Origin: Candidatus Eiseniibacteriota bacterium
GTDB lineage: Bacteria; Eisenbacteria; RBG-16-71-46; CAIMUX01; VGJL01
NCBI GenBank assembly: GCA_963792585.1
Contig: CAWBWI010000001.1
Span: 1,120,001-1,184,000, forward strand
Direction of reading: 5' to 3'
DNA length: 64,000 nucleotides
The notes beneath the pieces were generated by a model that saw only the letters and a program-made list of their open reading frames with translations, was not told the origin of the DNA and searched no databases. How positions within the stretch are numbered: position 1 is the stretch's first letter; the number at the start of each line of letters is the position of its first letter. A program made the position numbers and the translations under genes. Below are positions 59,830-64,000 of the stretch, one piece after another.

Positions 59830-61641
59830 ATGTTCGAAACGATGCGCCGCAACACAAAGCTGATCATGTGGATAACGACGGGTGCCTTTGTGTTGCTGAT
59901 CTTCCTGGCTTGGGGAGCCGAGTACCAGGGATTCGGAAGGGGATCGAGCGGACGGACCGCCGGTGTGATCGGCCGCGTGAACGGAGATCCGATCACACAG
60001 ATGGCTTACTCCGATCGGATCAACACGATGCGGGCGAGCGTCCAGCAGCAAGGACAGTCGATGGACGAGGCGACCGAGGTTCAGATCCGCAATCAGGTCT
60101 GGGACCAGATGATCCAGGAGACCTTGGTCGAGCAGCAGATCCGCCAGCGGAAGATCGTGGTTTCCGACAAGGAGATCGTCGAGGCGATCAAGACCCAGCC
60201 GATCCCCCAGGTGATGCAATCCACTGAATTCCAGACGAACGGCCAGTTCGATTACGGCAAGTACCTCCAGGCTCTCGCCGACCCCAATCGCGACTGGACG
60301 GTCCTCGAGAGCTACTACCGGATGGACCTGCCCAAGCAGAAGCTTCAGTCGCTGGTCGTCTCCTCGATCAAGGTCAGCGAAGCCGAGATGAAGCGCGAGT
60401 TCCAGGCGTCCAACACCAAGGCGAAGGTCAGCTACGTCTTCGTCCCGGCGACGCGGTTTGCGGTGGATGCGGCGGGACTCAGCGAATCGGACATGCGCGC
60501 CTACTACGAATCCCACAAGGACGACTTCCGCATGGAAGCCCAGGCATGGGTCAAGACGGTCCGCATCGACAAGCGGCCGACAGCGGCCGACACCCTGGCC
60601 GCGAACGAGCTGATCCAGCAGGCGGTCCAGGACATCGGCAAGGGCGATGATTTCGGCGAGCTCGTCGCCGCTTACACCGAGGCCCCTCCCCAGCTCCGCG
60701 GCGGCGCCCAGGGCAGCTACATGACCAAGGACCAGTTCCAGACGCCGAAGGTTCGCGACGCGGCGTTCAGCCTTCCCGTCGGCCAGGTGAGCGATGTGAT
60801 CCGTGACAACAACGGCCTCCACATCCTCAAGGTCGAGGACAGGCGGATGAACGGCGACAAGGAAGAAGTCAAGATCGCCGACATCTATATCCCGATCTCG
60901 ATCTCCGGTGAGTCGATCCAGGGTTACCAGGACAAGGCCACGAACCTCGCCAAGTCGGTCGCCGAGGGGCAAGGCAATCTCACGACCGCAGCCGAGGCGG
61001 AAGGGCTGACCGCGAGCGACCTCGGGCCGTTCGGGCGCAAGAGCTTCGTGCCCCGATTGGGCCAGATCTCGGGCTTCATGGATTGGTCGTTCAACGCTCC
61101 TCCCGGCAAGATGAACATCATGGAATCGCCCGACGCGATCTATGTTCTGCAGATGGTCAAGCGGCGCCCCGCGGGCCTCCAGCCGTTCGACGAAATCAAG
61201 GACCGCGTCCGGACCGACTACGCGACCTCCCTGCAGGTGGATCAGGCCAAGCAGAAGGCGGAGATGCTCCTTTCCATGGCAAAGGGAGGGACGCCCCTGC
61301 AGATAGCCGCCAAGGGCGATTCAGCAGCCACGTTCGACACGACGGACGACTTCAGTCGCCGAGGATTCGCCCGCGGACTCGGCAATGACCCGGCAGTCAT
61401 GGCGCGCATCTTCAGCGACCCGATCGGCCTGGTGCCGCAAGTCGTGACGACCAAGCGCGGCGCTTATGTTCTCGAGATCCTCTCACGTACCGAAGCGGAC
61501 GAGTCGCAGTTCGCCTCCCAGAGGGATGCGATGCGTCGTCAGATCTTCCAGCGCCGTCGCGGCGAGGTCGTCAATCGGTGGATCGAGGACCTGCGCGCGC
61601 ACGCCTCGATCGAGGATTTCAGAGGGGACAACGAGCTCTAA
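59830..61641 (+). CDS. SurA N-terminal domain / PpiD-like periplasmic chaperone-PPIase
   Basis: 'MFETMRR' plus TM anchor, 'VNGDPIT', 'VSDKEI', 'GQFD...Y', rotamase-like 'FGELV..Y', 'AAFSL.VGQVS.VI....G.HI.KV'. Confidence 0.9.
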   Translation: MFETMRRNTKLIMWITTGAFVLLIFLAWGAEYQGFGRGSSGRTAGVIGRVNGDPITQMAYSDRINTMRASVQQQGQSMDEATEVQIRNQVWDQMIQETLVEQQIRQRKIVVSDKEIVEAIKTQPIPQVMQSTEFQTNGQFDYGKYLQALADPNRDWTVLESYYRMDLPKQKLQSLVVSSIKVSEAEMKREFQASNTKAKVSYVFVPATRFAVDAAGLSESDMRAYYESHKDDFRMEAQAWVKTVRIDKRPTAADTLAANELIQQAVQDIGKGDDFGELVAAYTEAPPQLRGGAQGSYMTKDQFQTPKVRDAAFSLPVGQVSDVIRDNNGLHILKVEDRRMNGDKEEVKIADIYIPISISGESIQGYQDKATNLAKSVAEGQGNLTTAAEAEGLTASDLGPFGRKSFVPRLGQISGFMDWSFNAPPGKMNIMESPDAIYVLQMVKRRPAGLQPFDEIKDRVRTDYATSLQVDQAKQKAEMLLSMAKGGTPLQIAAKGDSAATFDTTDDFSRRGFARGLGNDPAVMARIFSDPIGLVPQVVTTKRGAYVLEILSRTEADESQFASQRDAMRRQIFQRRRGEVVNRWIEDLRAHASIEDFRGDNEL

Positions 61642-61663
61642 GTCACCCAAGCGATCCGGATCC

Positions 61664-62976
61664 GTGGGGCTCGTCCGTCAGAGCGTAACGACCTTCGCCT
61701 CGCGGATTCTGATCATGTTCGTCAACATCCCGATCTCGATGCTGGTTGCCCGCAAGCTGGGCGTCGACGGCCAGGGCGTCTACGCAGCGGCCGGGGCCTT
61801 CCCCGCGCTCTGGGCGACGGTCTGGATCGTCGGCCTCGACGCGGCGCACACGTGGGCGCTTGCGAGCAATCGGACGACTCTCGGGCCGCGTCTTCGGGAA
61901 CACGATTCTCTGGACGGTCGGGACTCTCCCTCGTCTCCGTCCCGACCTACCTCTGGGCGGCCCATCTTCTCGATCCCGACAAGGTTCGCTCCCTCCTCCC
62001 CGTCCTGGGCCTGACTTCCGTGATCGTCCCCCTCATGCTCGCGCGTTTTCTCTGCCTGTCGGCCTTCCTCGGACTCGGACAGATCGACCGGTACAACATG
62101 CTCAACGTCATCAGCCAGATCATCCTCCTGATCAGCTTGATCGGGATCCTCGTGATCGGCAATGGAGGCACTCGCGAGGCGATCATGGCCTACGCCTTCT
62201 CGGTCCTCCTGCTCGTAATCCTCGCGGTGGTCTGGATGGAACGGCGGCGCGAGCGGGCCGATCCGATCCGGCTCGACGGCGCTCTGGTGAAGACCTCGCT
62301 CTCCTACGGCGTTCGCGGGTACGGGTCGACCGTCTTCGGTCAGCTCAACTACCGCTTCGACCAGGTCCTCGTCACCCAGTTCGCCGGAACGATCGAACAA
62401 GGTTACTATTCGATCGCCGTCTTGATGGCGGAGAAGCTCTCGCACATCACCAACTCGATTCAGCTCGTCCTCTTCCCGCGCGTGTCGGCATCCACGGCCG
62501 AGGATGCGAACAGAATAACGACCACCGCATGCAGGCACGCGCTCTTCTGGGTCGGAGCGGGCGGGGTGGCCCTGTTCCTCCTGAGCCGATTCCTCGTGCG
62601 CGTTCTCTACGGAAGCGCGTTCATGCCCGCCCTGGTCCCGCTCGCGTGGTTGATCCCCGGAATCTTCATGCTCTCCTACTGGAAGATTCTCACGGTCGAT
62701 CTGTCGGGACGGAACCGGCGGCTTCCCGTGACGGTCGCCAGCGGCATCGCGGCCGCGATCAACACCGCCCTGAACTTTCTGTGGATCCCCAGTCATGGGA
62801 TGCTCGGGGCCGCTTGGTCTTCGACGATCTCCTACGCGGTGCAGAGCCTGGTCGTCGTCATCTTCTTCCTGAGGATCACGCGGGTCCCCGCCGGGTTGCT
62901 GTTCCTGCCGCAGCGGGGGGACCTTGAGATCTATCTCAGGATGATCCGCCGGGTCCGGGCGAGGATCGCCGCGTGA
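61664..62976 (+). CDS. Polysaccharide flippase (Wzx/MATE-like); two frameshifts in G-runs near 61885 and 61920
   Basis: 'ARKLGVDGQGVY', 'LNYRFDQVL', 'GYYSIAV', 'LFPRVS', 'LNFLWIP.HGMLGAAW'. Confidence 0.88.
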
Positions 62977-63944
62977 CGATCGACGACGGAGCCTGGGACG
63001 CCCACCTCGGGAAGCATCCCGAGGCGACCTTCTATCACACCCGAACGTGGGCCCGGATCCTCGCCGTCGGATTTCCGCGTCTCGAGGACGAGAGCCGCTG
63101 GATCGAGGCCGATGGAAGACGCGCCGCGCTTCCTCTCCACACATGGACAAGATTGGGCGGAGTGCTGGCCACACGCCAATCCGCCTTTCCGTTTCTCTAC
63201 GGAGGGCCCGTCCCCCGCCGCATCGGCGAGCGCGATCTGCTCACCGAGACGCTCAAGGAGCTCGGCAAGGGCGGTCGCTCGCTGGTCGTGCTCTCGAATC
63301 CATTCGCTGCCGGCGGAGAACCCGACCCCATCCCGAGGATCCAAGCGATCCCCGACGCCACCCACCTTCTCGATCTCCCCCGTTCCGTCGACGCGTTTTG
63401 GGACAGACTCAGCCCGGCGCAACGCAACGATGTCCGTCGTCTGACGAAGAAAGGGGTCGTCCTGCGGCTCGGCGGCGCGCCGGCGGAGATTCGCGCGGTC
63501 TACGGTTTCTACCGGGCGAGCTTCGGTCGCTGGGGACGCGAACCCGGAATGGTCTACCCGGAGGCGCTCTACCAGGCCATGGTGGCCCTCGGGGGCCCGG
63601 CAGTGCGGCTGTACCTCGCGGAATTCGAGGGGCGGCTGATCGGCGGCGCGTTCGTCGCGCGCTGGAACGGCCGCGTCCACTACCACGCCGGCTACTTCGA
63701 CCACGCCGCCCGCGGCCTGCGCCCGAACGTCTTGCTGCAGGAACTGATCATCCGGGACGCGATCATCGACGGATTCCGCTCCTACGACTTCCTGCCGAGC
63801 GGCGGGAATGCCGGCGTCGAGAGCTTCAAGGAGAGCTTCGGCGGCCTGCGCACGCCCGTGACCCGCTATGTCTACCGCACCCCGCTCCACCGGCTCGCCG
63901 ACAGGATACGGGCGCTCCGGCTCGGCCGATCCTCACTCGGATAG
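62973..63944 (+). CDS. GNAT-family (FemAB/CelD-BcsL-like) acyltransferase
   Basis: 'WD....HPEATFYHT..W', 'YGGP', 'RNDVRR..K.GV', 'PNVLL...I..A...G...YDF', 'FKESFG'. Confidence 0.88.
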   Translation: MTIDDGAWDAHLGKHPEATFYHTRTWARILAVGFPRLEDESRWIEADGRRAALPLHTWTRLGGVLATRQSAFPFLYGGPVPRRIGERDLLTETLKELGKGGRSLVVLSNPFAAGGEPDPIPRIQAIPDATHLLDLPRSVDAFWDRLSPAQRNDVRRLTKKGVVLRLGGAPAEIRAVYGFYRASFGRWGREPGMVYPEALYQAMVALGGPAVRLYLAEFEGRLIGGAFVARWNGRVHYHAGYFDHAARGLRPNVLLQELIIRDAIIDGFRSYDFLPSGGNAGVESFKESFGGLRTPVTRYVYRTPLHRLADRIRALRLGRSSLG

Positions 63945-64000
63945 ACCCTGCCGCAACGCGATGATGCGGGCGCCGGGCGCCAGTCGCCCGGCGAGACGGG

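Noticed and set aside
59636..59830. Possible ncRNA in the intergenic region upstream of the SurA/PpiD gene
   Set aside because: Only divergent promoter-like elements and weak GC hairpins are visible, with no recognisable RNA family.
1..64000. tRNA, rRNA, CRISPR arrays, transposases, integrases, prophage or defence genes
   Set aside because: None recognised by eye; intergenic gaps are short and explained by promoters or terminators. A covariance-model scan was not possible.

Overview
High-GC, gene-dense bacterial chromosomal window of mostly housekeeping genes. It is probably a long-read metagenome assembly from an FCB-group lineage such as Ca. Eisenbacteria, Krumholzibacteriota or Latescibacterota. 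That placement is an inference from several secreted proteins ending in FlgD-Ig/T9SS-like domains and one ending in a 'TSWG-xVR' motif. In order, the window holds: an ArsR-regulated TolC/MFP/RND efflux operon; an aldo/keto reductase; a secreted beta-propeller; convergent gltX and glnS; an FG-GAP + membrane polyferredoxin + two atypical HMA-fold protein operon; an M29 aminopeptidase at the end of an 11-subunit complex I-like operon (nuoABCDHIJKLMN, no nuoEFG); TrmH, PP2C and MFS genes; a 69-aa hyper-acidic microprotein; an active/inactive transglutaminase pair; two tandem secreted S8 proteases with related promoters and leaders; a ~1500-aa Ig-repeat lipoprotein coupled to a degenerate alpha/beta hydrolase; a System I*-type cytochrome c maturation cluster (CxxxY CcmE); PHP, dnaE, a zinc-ribbon protein, nth, a YCF48-like protein, two CNNM/CorC genes, a methyltransferase, a SurA/PpiD chaperone, and the start of a polysaccharide locus. 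Many genes carry single-base frameshifts, most likely sequencing or polishing errors. No tRNA, rRNA, CRISPR array or mobile element was recognised. All protein calls come from motif recognition by eye, with no database searches. The best candidates for undescribed biology are the polyferredoxin-HMA-HMA module, the acidic microprotein, the LDQD-repeat lipoprotein with its pseudo-hydrolase, and the paired S8 leaders.
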